From: an uncultured bacterium
Lineage (GTDB): Bacteria; Patescibacteriota; Minisyncoccia; Phycocordibacterales; CAIZLB01
Direction of reading: 5' to 3'
Assembly: GCA_903821355.1 (NCBI GenBank)
Contig: CAIJKW010000022.1
Coordinates: forward strand, 423 to 64,422
DNA: 64,000 nt
The position numbers and the translations under genes were made by a program. Below the pieces are notes generated by a model. It searched no databases. It was not told the origin of the DNA and saw only the letters and a program-made list of their open reading frames with translations. This document shows, in pieces, positions 36,905 through 47,484 of this stretch (position 1 is its first letter; the number at the start of each line of letters is the position of its first letter).

Positions 36905-37516
36905 ATGATAACAGGACCAAAATACAAAATAGCGAGAAGACTGGGAGCGCCCATCTTTGAAAAAACACAGACAGCAAAGTTTAAGGCTAGAGCTGAGCGT
37001 GATTTTGCTTCAAAGAAAAAGAGAGGAGGCCCTAGAAGTGACTACGGAAAGCAATTGATTGAGAAGCAAAAAGCAAGATTTACTTACGGTATTTCTGAAA
37101 AACAATTTTCAAATTACGTTAATAAGGTTATTGAGTCAAAATCAACAATCCCTACCGTAAAAATCTTTGAGGCACTAGAGACAAGACTTGATAATGTAAT
37201 CTACAGACTGGGACTTGTTCCTACAAGAAGATTTGCAAGACAAGCTGCATCTCATGGACACATACTTGTGAACGGAAGACGTTTAACTATTCCTTCATAC
37301 GTGGTTAAAATAGGAGATCAAATTTCAGTAAGAGAAGGTAGTAAGAATAATGGTATTTTTTCTAATATTGATGAAATAATCAAGACAAAAGAAACACCAG
37401 CATGGCTTACATGGAACTCAGAAAAGCGAACGGCATCAGTACTTAAAATGCCAAGTATTGAAGGCCAAGATTTACTGTTTGACCTTGGTACAGTGATTGA
37501 ATTTTATAAAAAGTAG
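36905..37516 (+). CDS. rpsD: 30S ribosomal protein S4
   Basis: MITGPKYKIARRLGAPIF... plus an S4 RNA-binding domain. Confidence 0.95.
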   Translation: MITGPKYKIARRLGAPIFEKTQTAKFKARAERDFASKKKRGGPRSDYGKQLIEKQKARFTYGISEKQFSNYVNKVIESKSTIPTVKIFEALETRLDNVIYRLGLVPTRRFARQAASHGHILVNGRRLTIPSYVVKIGDQISVREGSKNNGIFSNIDEIIKTKETPAWLTWNSEKRTASVLKMPSIEGQDLLFDLGTVIEFYKK

Positions 37517-37536
37517 TATTTAATTTTAAAAACACC

Positions 37537-38523
37537 ATGACCGAGACAAATATTGTATTACCATCAAAACCAAAGATTATAGAAGAAACCTCAACAAAGG
37601 GAACTTATGAGATAGAGGGTCTTTATCCTGGATATGGACATACTCTTGGAAACTCTTTGAGACGTATAATTCTTTCATCACTAACTGGCGCTGCAATAAC
37701 AAAAGTTAAAATTGCAGGTGTTCCTCATGAATTTTCTACAATTGATGGTGTTAAAGAAGATGTGATAAACATCATTCTTAATCTTAAGAAAGTTAGATTC
37801 TCTCTAACAACTGATGAGCCACAAGTTGTGAATATAAAAATTAGAGGAGAAAACGTGGTTAAAGCAGGAGATATTAAGCTATCAGGTCAAGTTATTTTGG
37901 CAAATCCTGAGCTTCATTTGTTCACAATAACACACAAGGATACAGAGGTAGACATGGAAATCACAATAGAACAAGGTGTTGGTTACGTTAGAAAAGAAGA
38001 AATAGAAAAAGAAAGAGTAGAAATTGGTGCAATTGCACTGGATGCCGCTTTTTCTCCAATAATCTCTGCAAACTACGATGTAGAAGAAATGCGTGTTGGA
38101 GACAGAACTGACTTCAATAAACTGACTTTGATGATACAAACTGACGGAACTCTATCTCCTCATGAGGCGTTAGAGAAATCAATTGAAATAATGATTAATC
38201 AATTAAGAGCAATTGTTGGTTTCAAGGAAGATAAAATTGAAGTTGCTGCTCATAATAAAGAGAAGGAAGTTGCTGAAGAATCTTCAAAGGTTTCAACTTT
38301 GGAGGATAAAGAGGCACTAGACGATGCGCTAAAGACTCGTATAGAATCAATAAACCTTTCACAAAGAACAACAAACGCTCTTGTGAACGCAAATATTAGA
38401 ACTATCGGAGGACTTATTCGTAAAAAAGAAAAAGACATTCTTGATATTGAAGGACTAGGAAACAAGGGGTTAGAAGAAATAAAAGGACTACTTGAGTCAC
38501 TAGGTCTATCACTTAAAGAATAA
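37537..38523 (+). CDS. rpoA: DNA-directed RNA polymerase subunit alpha
   Basis: N-terminal dimerisation domain (GYGHTLGNSLRRILLSSL) and C-terminal alpha-CTD. Confidence 0.95.
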   Translation: MTETNIVLPSKPKIIEETSTKGTYEIEGLYPGYGHTLGNSLRRIILSSLTGAAITKVKIAGVPHEFSTIDGVKEDVINIILNLKKVRFSLTTDEPQVVNIKIRGENVVKAGDIKLSGQVILANPELHLFTITHKDTEVDMEITIEQGVGYVRKEEIEKERVEIGAIALDAAFSPIISANYDVEEMRVGDRTDFNKLTLMIQTDGTLSPHEALEKSIEIMINQLRAIVGFKEDKIEVAAHNKEKEVAEESSKVSTLEDKEALDDALKTRIESINLSQRTTNALVNANIRTIGGLIRKKEKDILDIEGLGNKGLEEIKGLLESLGLSLKE

Positions 38524-38569
38524 GTGTAGGATTGAAATTAATTAATTATTAAGAAATAAAAGAAAAGCC

Positions 38570-38926
38570 ATGAGACATCATAATGCAAACAGAAAATTCG
38601 GTCGAAAGACAAACCAACGCAGAGCACTGCTACGTTCACTTGCTCGTGAGCTTTTCTTGCATGGTAAAATTGTAACAACAGAAGCTAAGGCAAAGGAGCT
38701 AAGACCATATGCAGAAGAGTTGATAACTATCGCTCGTCAAAATACTGTAGCATCAAGAAGACAAGTTGAGTCAAGAATGGCAAACAATGTTATTTCAAAG
38801 AAAATCTCAAATATAATTGCTCCTCAATACCTAGAAGTTAATGGGGGATACACAAGAATTATCAAACTAGATCGTCGTCCTTCTGATGGAAGTAAGATGG
38901 CTGCAATTGAATTAATTTCAAAATAA
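38570..38926 (+). CDS. rplQ: 50S ribosomal protein L17
   Basis: MRHHNANRKFGRKTNQRRALLRSLAREL... Confidence 0.95.
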   Translation: MRHHNANRKFGRKTNQRRALLRSLARELFLHGKIVTTEAKAKELRPYAEELITIARQNTVASRRQVESRMANNVISKKISNIIAPQYLEVNGGYTRIIKLDRRPSDGSKMAAIELISK

Positions 38927-38936
38927 TTATAAATAT

Positions 38937-39281
38937 ATGAAGTACGTAATAGACGCAAAAAATAAAAAGATAGGAAGAGTTGCACAAGAGGCCGCATCTG
39001 TTTTGATGGGAAAAAACTCTGTAAACTATTCAAAAAACTCAATCCCTGAGATTACTGTTGAGATCATCAATACTTCAAAAGCAGACATTAATGCTCAAAG
39101 AAAGGATGATAAGTATTACAAGAACTACTCAGGATATCCTGGAGGACAAAGAGTTAGAACTATGTCAAAAGTTATAGAGGATAAGGGATATTCAGAGGTA
39201 TTCAGAATAGCTGTAAACGGAATGCTTCCAGATAACAAGCTTAAGGCAAAGATGATGACTCATTTAACTGTTACTGAGTAA
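38937..39281 (+). CDS. rplM: 50S ribosomal protein L13
   Basis: IDAKNKKIGRVAQEAASVLMGK...IAVNGMLP... Confidence 0.9.
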   Translation: MKYVIDAKNKKIGRVAQEAASVLMGKNSVNYSKNSIPEITVEIINTSKADINAQRKDDKYYKNYSGYPGGQRVRTMSKVIEDKGYSEVFRIAVNGMLPDNKLKAKMMTHLTVTE

Positions 39282-39319
39282 TATCATAATCGCAAAAATA
39301 TCTTAATTTAAATAATAAT

Positions 39320-39715
39320 ATGACTGAACACAAAAAATATACAGAAACAATTGGAAGAAGAAAGACAGCGTCAGCTAGAGCAAGAATAACTGAGGCTACA
39401 AAATCTTCCATAACAGTAAACGGCAAAGAGCTTGCTGAATACTTTAAGACTGCAACACTTCAAGCTAAAGCAATAGCTGCGCTTGATCTAGCAGAACATA
39501 AATTTGCTATTACAGCTAAAGTTGTAGGAGGTGGAATTGCTGGCCAAGCAGAAGCCGTAAGACATGCTATCGCTCGTGCAATTGAAAAGCATACTCCAGC
39601 ACTTCGTGGCGTTCTAAAGCATGAAGGACTTCTAAGAAGAGATCCTAGAGCCAAGGAAAGAAGAAAGTTCGGATTGAAGAAAGCTAGAAAGGCTCCACAG
39701 TGGTCAAAGCGTTAA
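39320..39715 (+). CDS. rpsI: 30S ribosomal protein S9
   Basis: C-terminus [29 protein letters not shown]. Confidence 0.95.
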   Translation: MTEHKKYTETIGRRKTASARARITEATKSSITVNGKELAEYFKTATLQAKAIAALDLAEHKFAITAKVVGGGIAGQAEAVRHAIARAIEKHTPALRGVLKHEGLLRRDPRAKERRKFGLKKARKAPQWSKR

Positions 39716-39799
39716 TTCAAACAACTACTCAGAAAAACAAAATACAGAAAATAAGAATCGGCCGGCAACTCTGGTACATTCCAAAATTCAAAAAAGCAG

Positions 39800-39826
39800 A
39801 GACTCCTCACAAAGGAGTTTTTGTCT
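39800..39826 (+). terminator. Intrinsic terminator after the ribosomal cluster
   Basis: gactcc-tcacaaa-ggagt hairpin, then TTTTTGTC. Followed by an extended -10 box TGtGATATAAT (39832-39845). Confidence 0.55.
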
Positions 39827-39887
39827 ATATTGTGTGATATAATTTCATGAACATTTTTCGAATTAATATTAATTTAATTTTATTCTT

Positions 39888-41699
39888 ATGAAGGACTACT
39901 TAAAAGTGTTTAAATTCAGTGTTAAACAGGCTATAAAATCAGCGCCAATTCTAACTATTGCTTTGGTTGTAATTATTTTTCTTAGTGCTCAAATTCCATT
40001 CTTGGGATATAAAATTTCTGCTGACATTATTAACAACCTGATTGATTATGCCAAGAATCCTGGATCTGGATTAAGTGTTATTTTTAAGCTTGCATTATTG
40101 TGGGCCTTGATTGAATCAGCGCTAAGTTTACTAAATAGATTAAACAGCTATATAAATGCAATTTGGAGATATAAATTACAAATTAATTCAGAGATTATGT
40201 TTGCGGAACAGGCGACGAATCTTGACCTTGGAAGGTTGGAAAGTAAGGACTTTCAAAACTTAAAGCAAAGAGCTCTCAGAAGGCAAATGTTTCCACTCGT
40301 TGAGATTTTTTCATATTTTCTGTATATCATTAATCCAGTTTCTATAATAATAACCTCCTCACTTATTATCGGGTTATTAGACTGGAGAATATACTTGATT
40401 TCAATTATTTCAATTATTCCTCAAATATTAATTGAAAAGAAATATGGAAAAAAGAGTTGGGGTATTTGGAGTAGTGGCGGGGGTGAGGATCAAAGAAGAT
40501 ATTATGAGTACAGATCACATATAACAAATACAGACAGGCTACCAGAAGTAAAAAGATTTGGATCTTTAAACTATTTTAAACAAAAGACCCTTGATATTTT
40601 TAAGGAGACAACAGAAAAATTAGAAAAAAATGAAGGGGAGAGATTTAAAAAATACACAGGCGTTGAAGTTATAAATATAATTAGTTTTATAGCGGTCATA
40701 TTTATATTATTAACACACATAACCGACGGGAAAATACTTATTGGTGCATTTTTATTTTATTCGCAGTCTATAGATAAGTTCTCAGGAGCTGTTTCTAATC
40801 TTTTTGTCGGAATGGCTTATCAAGAAGAAAATATAGCTCTATCAAATGACATCATAGATTTTCTTAATGTTAAACCATTGGTAAAAACCCATCAGCCTGT
40901 AGAGTTTCCAATAAAGAAGCCAGACGTTGGTCCAGAAATCGTATTTGATAATGTTGTCTTTGCATACCCAGACACAGATAAGGTTATACTAGATGGAGTT
41001 TCCTTTACAATCAAATCTGGAGAAAGAATCGGTCTTATTGGAATAAATGGTGCTGGTAAGTCGACAATTGTTAAACTGTTGTTAAGAATGTATGACCCAA
41101 CATCTGGAAAGATTACAGTTGATGGAATTGATTTGAAACACATAAGGCCAGAAGATTGGTGGGTGCATTTATCTACTTTGATGCAGGACTACAATAAATA
41201 TACATCTCTAACACTGAAAGAGTCCTTGTTGGTATGCAATCTAGGCAGAAAGAGTAAGCTGGATGAAAATCGTTTTCTTGAAAGCCTAAGAAAAAGTAAG
41301 GCCGATGAGTTTGTCGAAAAATGGGATAACAAATATGACTCTATGCTTGGCAAGGAATTTGCTGGAGAATCTTTATCTAAAGGACAAGCCCAAAAATTAG
41401 CTCTCGCCAGAACTTTTTACAAAGAAGCTTCTGTTATGATATTAGATGAACCAACAGCTGCAATTGATGCAGAATCGGAAATTGAAATTTTTGAAGAGCT
41501 AGAGAAAATACCGAGAACAGTTTCCATTCTTTATATAAGTCACGACATGGCAACAATCAAGAAAGCGGATAGGATAATGTTGATTGAGGATGGTAAAATT
41601 GTGGAAAATGGTGACCATGATACTTTGATTAAAAAGAAGGGGCATTATGCAAGGATTTACAACGCTCAACTTCAAAACTTAACAAAAGCGACGAGCTAA
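39888..41699 (+). CDS. ABC transporter, fused permease/ATP-binding (exporter type)
   Basis: Six TM helices. Walker A GINGAGKST, signature LSKGQAQKLALAR and Walker B ILDEPTAAID. Confidence 0.85.
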   Translation: MKDYLKVFKFSVKQAIKSAPILTIALVVIIFLSAQIPFLGYKISADIINNLIDYAKNPGSGLSVIFKLALLWALIESALSLLNRLNSYINAIWRYKLQINSEIMFAEQATNLDLGRLESKDFQNLKQRALRRQMFPLVEIFSYFLYIINPVSIIITSSLIIGLLDWRIYLISIISIIPQILIEKKYGKKSWGIWSSGGGEDQRRYYEYRSHITNTDRLPEVKRFGSLNYFKQKTLDIFKETTEKLEKNEGERFKKYTGVEVINIISFIAVIFILLTHITDGKILIGAFLFYSQSIDKFSGAVSNLFVGMAYQEENIALSNDIIDFLNVKPLVKTHQPVEFPIKKPDVGPEIVFDNVVFAYPDTDKVILDGVSFTIKSGERIGLIGINGAGKSTIVKLLLRMYDPTSGKITVDGIDLKHIRPEDWWVHLSTLMQDYNKYTSLTLKESLLVCNLGRKSKLDENRFLESLRKSKADEFVEKWDNKYDSMLGKEFAGESLSKGQAQKLALARTFYKEASVMILDEPTAAIDAESEIEIFEELEKIPRTVSILYISHDMATIKKADRIMLIEDGKIVENGDHDTLIKKKGHYARIYNAQLQNLTKATS

Positions 41700-41716
41700 T
41701 ATATAATCAAAAAACT

Positions 41717-42346
41717 ATGAAAGATGACAAGAAAAAACAAGATATTACTGAAGAAACCCCGTTGAATGATGATACAAACGTTGATTTCTCTAATAAAACC
41801 CCTTTTGAAGACATTGAAATTGAGGAATTTGAAGATACCGATGATGAAGGTGGGGAGTTAGGTTCTGCAGCAAAAATGAAGAAACTTAGAGAAAAACTCA
41901 AGGTTGCTATTGAGGAAAAACAACAATATCTAAACGGTTGGCAAAAAGAAAAAGCTGAATTCATTAATATAAGGCGTCGCGATGAGGAATCTAAGCAAGA
42001 ATTCTTAAAATATGCTGTTTCAGGCCTTCTAGAAGAGCTTTTGCCGGTGCTAGACAGCTTTGATATCGCAATGTCTAATAAAGAAGCCTGGAACGCTGTT
42101 TCTGGACAATGGCAGGCTGGTATGGAGACGGTTTATAATCAATTTAAGGCTATTTTGGCTAAAAATGGAGTGGAGTCCTTTGGTAATACTGGAGACCCTG
42201 CTGACCCTGCAAAATTTCACATGATTGGGGTAGATGAAACTACTGATGCAAAACAAGACCATACAGTTTCCGTAGTTTTGCAAAAAGGATACATGTTTAA
42301 AGAAAAGGTTCTAAGGCCTGCAATGGTTAGGGTTTATCAAAAATAA
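41717..42346 (+). CDS. grpE: Nucleotide exchange factor GrpE
   Basis: Coiled-coil N-terminus plus C-terminal beta domain. Gene order grpE...dnaK-dnaJ. Confidence 0.85.
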   Translation: MKDDKKKQDITEETPLNDDTNVDFSNKTPFEDIEIEEFEDTDDEGGELGSAAKMKKLREKLKVAIEEKQQYLNGWQKEKAEFINIRRRDEESKQEFLKYAVSGLLEELLPVLDSFDIAMSNKEAWNAVSGQWQAGMETVYNQFKAILAKNGVESFGNTGDPADPAKFHMIGVDETTDAKQDHTVSVVLQKGYMFKEKVLRPAMVRVYQK

Positions 42347-42377
42347 TAAAAAAAATATTATTTACTAAAATCAGGTC

Positions 42378-42719
42378 ATGCCAAATCCAATCTTAATTCT
42401 AATAGTAACTCAAATACTTTTTACCACTAGTGACTTTATCGCTAAGTATTTTATGACTAGGTTTGGTTTTAATTTAAATAACTTCTTATCGATTTGGTTT
42501 ATTGTCTACGTATTGATCCGTATCCTTGCAACTTTTGGACAATTGTATATCTTCACCCAATTAGGATTAGGAAGGACGATGGCCTTGATGGGTGCTGTGT
42601 CCCTTGTTTTATCCGCAAGTCTTGCTTTTCTTCTTTTGGGAGAAATAATAACGACAGCACAGTACATAGGAATTACCTTAGTTGTTATTGCGTTTCTTGC
42701 TCTTGCTTTTGTAAAATAA
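42378..42719 (+). CDS. Small 4-TM membrane protein (SMR/EamA-like)
   Basis: 113 aa, four hydrophobic helices. Confidence 0.4.
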   Translation: MPNPILILIVTQILFTTSDFIAKYFMTRFGFNLNNFLSIWFIVYVLIRILATFGQLYIFTQLGLGRTMALMGAVSLVLSASLAFLLLGEIITTAQYIGITLVVIAFLALAFVK

Positions 42720-42768
42720 GACCATAGATAAGATTTGACATCTATGCTATAATACGAGCCTAAAAGAG

Positions 42769-43272
42769 ATGATTATCGCCCAAAAAACATATAAACATAA
42801 GGTTTTATTGCTAATGAAGGTTGGATTGGCTGTTTTTATGGTGGTTATTTTTCTAGCCCAAAATGCTAGCGCTGGCACCTTGGAGGCCAAAAATTTTGTT
42901 TACAAGAAGCTAAATGCTACTGAGACACAATATTTCCTAAGTAATCTAAATGTGTTACCAGATGCCGGCGGGACTGAATCCACGCTTGGCCAAGGTCTAA
43001 ACCTTGAACTCATCTCAGCTCAAATTTCTGCTCATATCAAAAATGCAGTTGAACCACTATTATTACAAGAAGCTTCAGTTGTAAAAACAATTTCTCCTGC
43101 ATTTACTGCGCACCAAAGCTCGTCAAATATTTTACTATACTCAACATTACTTGCAGTTCTTTCAATACTTTTTATAGAAAAACAAAGACAGATTTTTAGC
43201 GCAACAAAATCGCTCAAACTTAAAAAACTTTTAGTCAGCATTTCACCAAGATCTCCAAACCTTGTTATTTAA
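42769..43272 (+). CDS. Hypothetical secreted or membrane-anchored protein
   Basis: N-terminal hydrophobic segment. No recognisable domain. Extended -10 TGcTATAAT at 42745-42753. Confidence 0.35.
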   Translation: MIIAQKTYKHKVLLLMKVGLAVFMVVIFLAQNASAGTLEAKNFVYKKLNATETQYFLSNLNVLPDAGGTESTLGQGLNLELISAQISAHIKNAVEPLLLQEASVVKTISPAFTAHQSSSNILLYSTLLAVLSILFIEKQRQIFSATKSLKLKKLLVSISPRSPNLVI

Positions 43273-43376
43273 TTTATCTTTCGCAAATTATAAGAAATTA
43301 ATTAAATAACTAAATATCGATGAGTGTGGCTGGCGCTATTTTTGTGCGCGGGCAACATTTCGTCAAAACAAAACAT

Positions 43377-45305
43377 ATGTCAAAAATAATAGGAATAGAC
43401 TTAGGAACTACTAACTCAGCGGTTGCAGTAATGGAGGCTGGGGCTCCAAAGATTCTTGAAAACGCAGAAGGATCAAGAACTACACCCTCAATAATTGCGA
43501 TCTCAAAGACAAATGAAAGACTTGTTGGTCTTTTGGCAAAGCGTCAAGCTGTGACTAATCCCAAAAATACCGTTTATGGTATTAAGAGATTTATTGGGCA
43601 CAGTTTTGATGAGGCTGGAGTTCAAGCAGATATGAAAACTGTCGCTTATGAAATTTCAAAAGCAGACAATAACGGAGTAAATATTAAGATGGGAGATAAG
43701 AATTATACTCCTGAAGAAGTTTCAGCAATGATTCTTTCTAAGATCAAAGCAGATGTTGAAGCAAAGCTTGGCGAAAAGATAACTCAAGCGGTTATTACTG
43801 TTCCTGCATACTTTAACGACTCACAAAGACAAGCAACAAAGGATGCTGGTAAAATTGCAGGTCTTGAAGTGATGCGTATTATCAATGAGCCAACAGCGGC
43901 CGCTCTTGCTTACGGATTCAATAAAAAGAAAGATGAAAAACTAGCAGTCTTTGACTTTGGTGGAGGTACATTTGATATCTCAATTCTTGAAGTTGGCGAT
44001 GATGTTGTGGAGGTTAAAGCAACAGATGGAGACCACAGATTGGGAGGACGTGACATTGACTACAAACTTCTAAATTACATCGCTGATGAATTTAAGAAGG
44101 AAAATGGAATTGATCTTAAAAAAGATCCTCTTGCAATGCAAAGACTTGATGAGTCGGCAGAAAAAGCAAAAATTGAACTTTCAACTGCAACAGAGACTGA
44201 AATCAATATTCCATTCATTGCAAACGATGATTCAGGCCCAAGACACTTGGTATTGAAGTTAACTCGTGCAAAATTGGAAGAAATTGCAGATGAGTATGTA
44301 GAGCGTGCAATGCAAATAACAAAGCGTGCCATGGAAGCATCGCCATTCAAGGTTGGAGAAATCAATGAAGTAATCTTGGTTGGAGGTCAAACAAGAATGC
44401 CAAAAATCAGAGAGGCTGTTAAGGCTTTCTTTGGTAAAGAACCAAATCAAACCATTAACCCAGATGAGGTTGTTGCGCTTGGTGCTGCAATTCAAGGAGG
44501 AGTTCTAGCGGGAGATGTAAAAGACATTTTACTTCTAGATGTTATTCCACTTTCACTTGGAATTGAAACTATGGGAAATGTTTCGACAAAATTAGTTGAG
44601 AGAAATACAACAATCCCTACATCTCGTTCACAAATCTTTTCAACCGCAGCTGATAATCAAACATCGGTTGAAATTCATATCGTTCAAGGAGAACGCGCGC
44701 TTGCAAAAGACAATAAATCCCTTGGAAGATTTATCTTAGACGGTATTCCACCTGCACCTCGCGGAATGCCACAAGTTGAAGTTACATTTGACGTTGACGC
44801 AAACGGAATTCTAAATGTCAAAGCAAAAGAAAAGACTACAAACAAGGAACAGTCAATTAGAATTGAAGCAAGCTCAAGTCTTTCAAAAGAAGATATTGAA
44901 AAAATGAAAAAGGATGCGGAAATGTATGCAGCGGAAGATGAAAAGAAGAAAGAGGAAATTGAGGCTAGAAACACCGCTGATAATATGATTTATACAGCAG
45001 AGAAAGCTATCAAAGAAAATAAAGAAAAACTTCCGGCTGAAGTTGTAACTTCTGTTGAAGAAAAGATAACAGCACTTCGTACAATTAAAGATAATGGCGA
45101 ATTGGAAGCTGTTAAAAAGGCAACCGGGGAACTATCATCTGAAATGTCAAAGATTGGTGAAGCTATGAGTAAAGCGGGAGCTACACCTGAGGCTGGTGCA
45201 ACACCAGAGACTGGCACAGCAACAGAGGGTGCTCAAAGTGAACAAACTGGGCCAACTACTGAAACACCAGAAGGCGATAATGTTAGAGATGCGGAGACTA
45301 AATAA
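43377..45305 (+). CDS. dnaK: Chaperone DnaK (Hsp70)
   Basis: [18 protein letters not shown]..., DLGGGTFD and [11 protein letters not shown] motifs. Start chosen at the canonical [12 protein letters not shown]. Confidence 0.95.
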   Translation: MSKIIGIDLGTTNSAVAVMEAGAPKILENAEGSRTTPSIIAISKTNERLVGLLAKRQAVTNPKNTVYGIKRFIGHSFDEAGVQADMKTVAYEISKADNNGVNIKMGDKNYTPEEVSAMILSKIKADVEAKLGEKITQAVITVPAYFNDSQRQATKDAGKIAGLEVMRIINEPTAAALAYGFNKKKDEKLAVFDFGGGTFDISILEVGDDVVEVKATDGDHRLGGRDIDYKLLNYIADEFKKENGIDLKKDPLAMQRLDESAEKAKIELSTATETEINIPFIANDDSGPRHLVLKLTRAKLEEIADEYVERAMQITKRAMEASPFKVGEINEVILVGGQTRMPKIREAVKAFFGKEPNQTINPDEVVALGAAIQGGVLAGDVKDILLLDVIPLSLGIETMGNVSTKLVERNTTIPTSRSQIFSTAADNQTSVEIHIVQGERALAKDNKSLGRFILDGIPPAPRGMPQVEVTFDVDANGILNVKAKEKTTNKEQSIRIEASSSLSKEDIEKMKKDAEMYAAEDEKKKEEIEARNTADNMIYTAEKAIKENKEKLPAEVVTSVEEKITALRTIKDNGELEAVKKATGELSSEMSKIGEAMSKAGATPEAGATPETGTATEGAQSEQTGPTTETPEGDNVRDAETK

Positions 45306-45419
45306 TCTTTTTTAGAAATCACGCAATTCTGCGTGAGCGAATGCCTTTGTTTGGAGTGTTTAACTCGTACTTAAGGCATTCGTCATACAAATTAATAAAA
45401 TCAATCAAATTCACAAAAA

Positions 45420-46547
45420 ATGCCAAAAGATTATTACAAATCACTGGGGATAAATAAAAATGCAAGCAAAGATGAAATAAAAAAAGCATTCAGGAAACTT
45501 GCGCATGAACATCACCCAGATAAAAATCCAAAAGACGCAGATAAATTTAAAGAAATATCTGAAGCTTATAGTGTATTGTCTGATGATTCTAAACGTGCCC
45601 AATATGATCAATTTGGATCAGCTGGACCAGGATTTTCTGGTGGCGGAGGAGGTTTTGGCGGAGAGCAAGGGCAAGGCGGATTTGGAGGATTTGATTTTTC
45701 AGGATTTCAAGGTGGCTTTGGTGGGGGTCAAGGTTTTGGACAAGACGGTGTGGAGTTTGATTTGGGCGATATCTTTGGGAGTGTTTTTGGCGGCGGAAGA
45801 AATTCGTCAAAAAAACAAAGGCAGGGAAGGGATATCGAATTGGATATAGAAATAGATTTTAAATCGTCAATATTTGGAAAGGAAGAGGAGATTAAAGTAA
45901 GCAAAGACAGCACCTGTGCACACTGCAAGGGGACAAGGGGTGAACCTAATTCAAAATTTGATGATTGTGGAACTTGTCATGGAACAGGAACTGTCTATGA
46001 GATAAAAAGAACTTTTTTTGGACAAATGCAAAATGCTAAAGTTTGCGATATTTGTTTTGGCACAGGAAAAATTCCTAAAGAAAAGTGTCATGTCTGTAAG
46101 GGGCAGGGGACGGTTCATAGTACAGAGACTATAAACGTAATTATTCCACCGGGAATTAATCCGGGAGATACATTAAAAGTTCAAGGAAAAGGTGAATCTG
46201 TAACAGGTGGTCTATCTGGAGACTTGTATATTAAACTTCATGTCAAAAAACATCCAAAAATAATCAAAGATGAATACAATTTGATCTACCCACTGGAAAT
46301 TAAACTAACAGACGCATTGTTGGGCGCCGATATTAAAGTTGAAGCACTGGATGGTGATTTAACATTAACTATACCTGCTGGAATTTCTCACGGAGAATTA
46401 TTACGAGTTAGGGGCAGGGGAGTTCCTATGGATAACAAGGCAAGTCGTAGAGGAGATTTGCTATTTAAAATTTCTGTAAATATTCCAAAAAGATTATCTA
46501 GAGAATCTAAGAAACTATTGGAGGACTTGAGAAGAGAAGGGCTATAG
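45420..46547 (+). CDS. dnaJ: Chaperone DnaJ
   Basis: J-domain with HPD (AHEHHPDKN). G/F-rich region. Four CxxCxGxG zinc-finger repeats. Confidence 0.95.
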   Translation: MPKDYYKSLGINKNASKDEIKKAFRKLAHEHHPDKNPKDADKFKEISEAYSVLSDDSKRAQYDQFGSAGPGFSGGGGGFGGEQGQGGFGGFDFSGFQGGFGGGQGFGQDGVEFDLGDIFGSVFGGGRNSSKKQRQGRDIELDIEIDFKSSIFGKEEEIKVSKDSTCAHCKGTRGEPNSKFDDCGTCHGTGTVYEIKRTFFGQMQNAKVCDICFGTGKIPKEKCHVCKGQGTVHSTETINVIIPPGINPGDTLKVQGKGESVTGGLSGDLYIKLHVKKHPKIIKDEYNLIYPLEIKLTDALLGADIKVEALDGDLTLTIPAGISHGELLRVRGRGVPMDNKASRRGDLLFKISVNIPKRLSRESKKLLEDLRREGL

Positions 46548-46674
46548 AATTTTCGTTCCGCTTAAATCCTAATTCGTTCCGCTTCGTTTGACTTACTAAC
46601 CTTCTGTGGTATTCTACTGTCTAGATTCGGTCATTGGCATGTCCGGTCTTCTCAATTTGGAAAAAATCAAACCA

Positions 46675-46685
46675 CCCCCCCCCCC
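46675..46685. repeat. Homopolymeric C11 tract 6 nt upstream of a start codon (RBS region)
   Basis: accacccccccccccacaatcATG read directly. Preceded by direct repeat ttcgttccgctt x2 (46552-46563, 46576-46587). Confidence 0.85.
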
Positions 46686-46691
46686 ACAATC

Positions 46692-47174
46692 ATGAAACTG
46701 TTTACTACTGTTGTGATGGCATCTTTTGCCATCGTCCTGTCTAGCTGCACCAACTCCGACAACACGGGAAATTCTCCCGCACCTCATCCGGCGCTCGCCA
46801 AAATCAAGGTCGTCAACCGCGCCGGCAATAACGGCAAGGAGGCTGTGGCGACCCAGTGTATCGTCAAAACCATTGACGGAAAGTCTGTTTCTCCTGGGGA
46901 ACAGGCCTTTGCACTGATGCATCCGGGAAAGAGGAGGGTTTCCTTCACTTACCAGAAATGGACTTCTGGTCAAACGACCAACCATCAGATCAAGCATGTC
47001 GCTTCGTTGAGGCAGGTTTGTGTTGATGCCGAGTTCAAGGCCGGAGGAGTATATTGGCTGGACGTCAGTCATCTCAAACCAGAAGCAACCGATGGCTGTT
47101 GTTCCGTCTCGGCGACGGACGGTCAGCTTGTTTACGAATTGACCGGCAAAGCGAAGATCGTGGAGGTCAAATAA
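46692..47174 (+). CDS. Putative lipoprotein, GC-rich (likely horizontally acquired)
   Basis: Signal peptide with a lipobox-like LSSC. Clearly GC-elevated relative to flanks. Strong terminator downstream. Confidence 0.5.
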   Translation: MKLFTTVVMASFAIVLSSCTNSDNTGNSPAPHPALAKIKVVNRAGNNGKEAVATQCIVKTIDGKSVSPGEQAFALMHPGKRRVSFTYQKWTSGQTTNHQIKHVASLRQVCVDAEFKAGGVYWLDVSHLKPEATDGCCSVSATDGQLVYELTGKAKIVEVK

Positions 47175-47204
47175 CCCTTCACGAAAAACATCAACAAATT
47201 TAAA

Positions 47205-47244
47205 GTCTCGGCGGAGTAACCTTCGCCGAGACTTTTTGTTTTTT
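47205..47244 (+). terminator. Rho-independent terminator
   Basis: gtctcggcg-gagtaacctt-cgccgagac 9-bp stem, then TTTTTGTTTTTT. Confidence 0.8.
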
Positions 47245-47288
47245 AAAAGGATGCAATATTAAATATATTAGTGTATAATGATTCCATT

Positions 47289-47405
47289 ATGGCAAAAAGA
47301 GCAACAGGAGTTGGAAAAGGAAAAGTTTCTCGTTCTAAAAAAACAAAGAAGAGACTTGCAGTAAAGCATGCAAAAATAGCAGCAAGAGTTACTAAGAGAA
47401 AATAA
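47289..47405 (+). CDS. Small highly basic protein (38 aa), stand-alone unit
   Basis: MAKRATGVGKGKVSRSKKTKKRLAVKHAKIAARVTKRK. TATAAT at 47271-47276. Own terminator hairpin actcatc...gatgagt + TTTTT at 47433-47467. Not matched to a known r-protein. Confidence 0.3.
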   Translation: MAKRATGVGKGKVSRSKKTKKRLAVKHAKIAARVTKRK

Positions 47406-47432
47406 TAAATTTCTTAATAATTTTAGATTAAT

Positions 47433-47467
47433 TACTCATCTAATAATGTATTTGTTGATGAGTTTTT
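47433..47467 (+). terminator. Hairpin terminator after the small basic ORF
   Basis: actcatc-(16 nt)-gatgagt, then ttttatg. Confidence 0.4.
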
Positions 47468-47484
47468 ATGTTATTATTAAAATA

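Noticed and set aside
41700-43376. Looked for CIRCE (HrcA operator) upstream of grpE and dnaK
   Set aside because: No TTAGCACTC-N9-GAGTGCTAA inverted repeat present.
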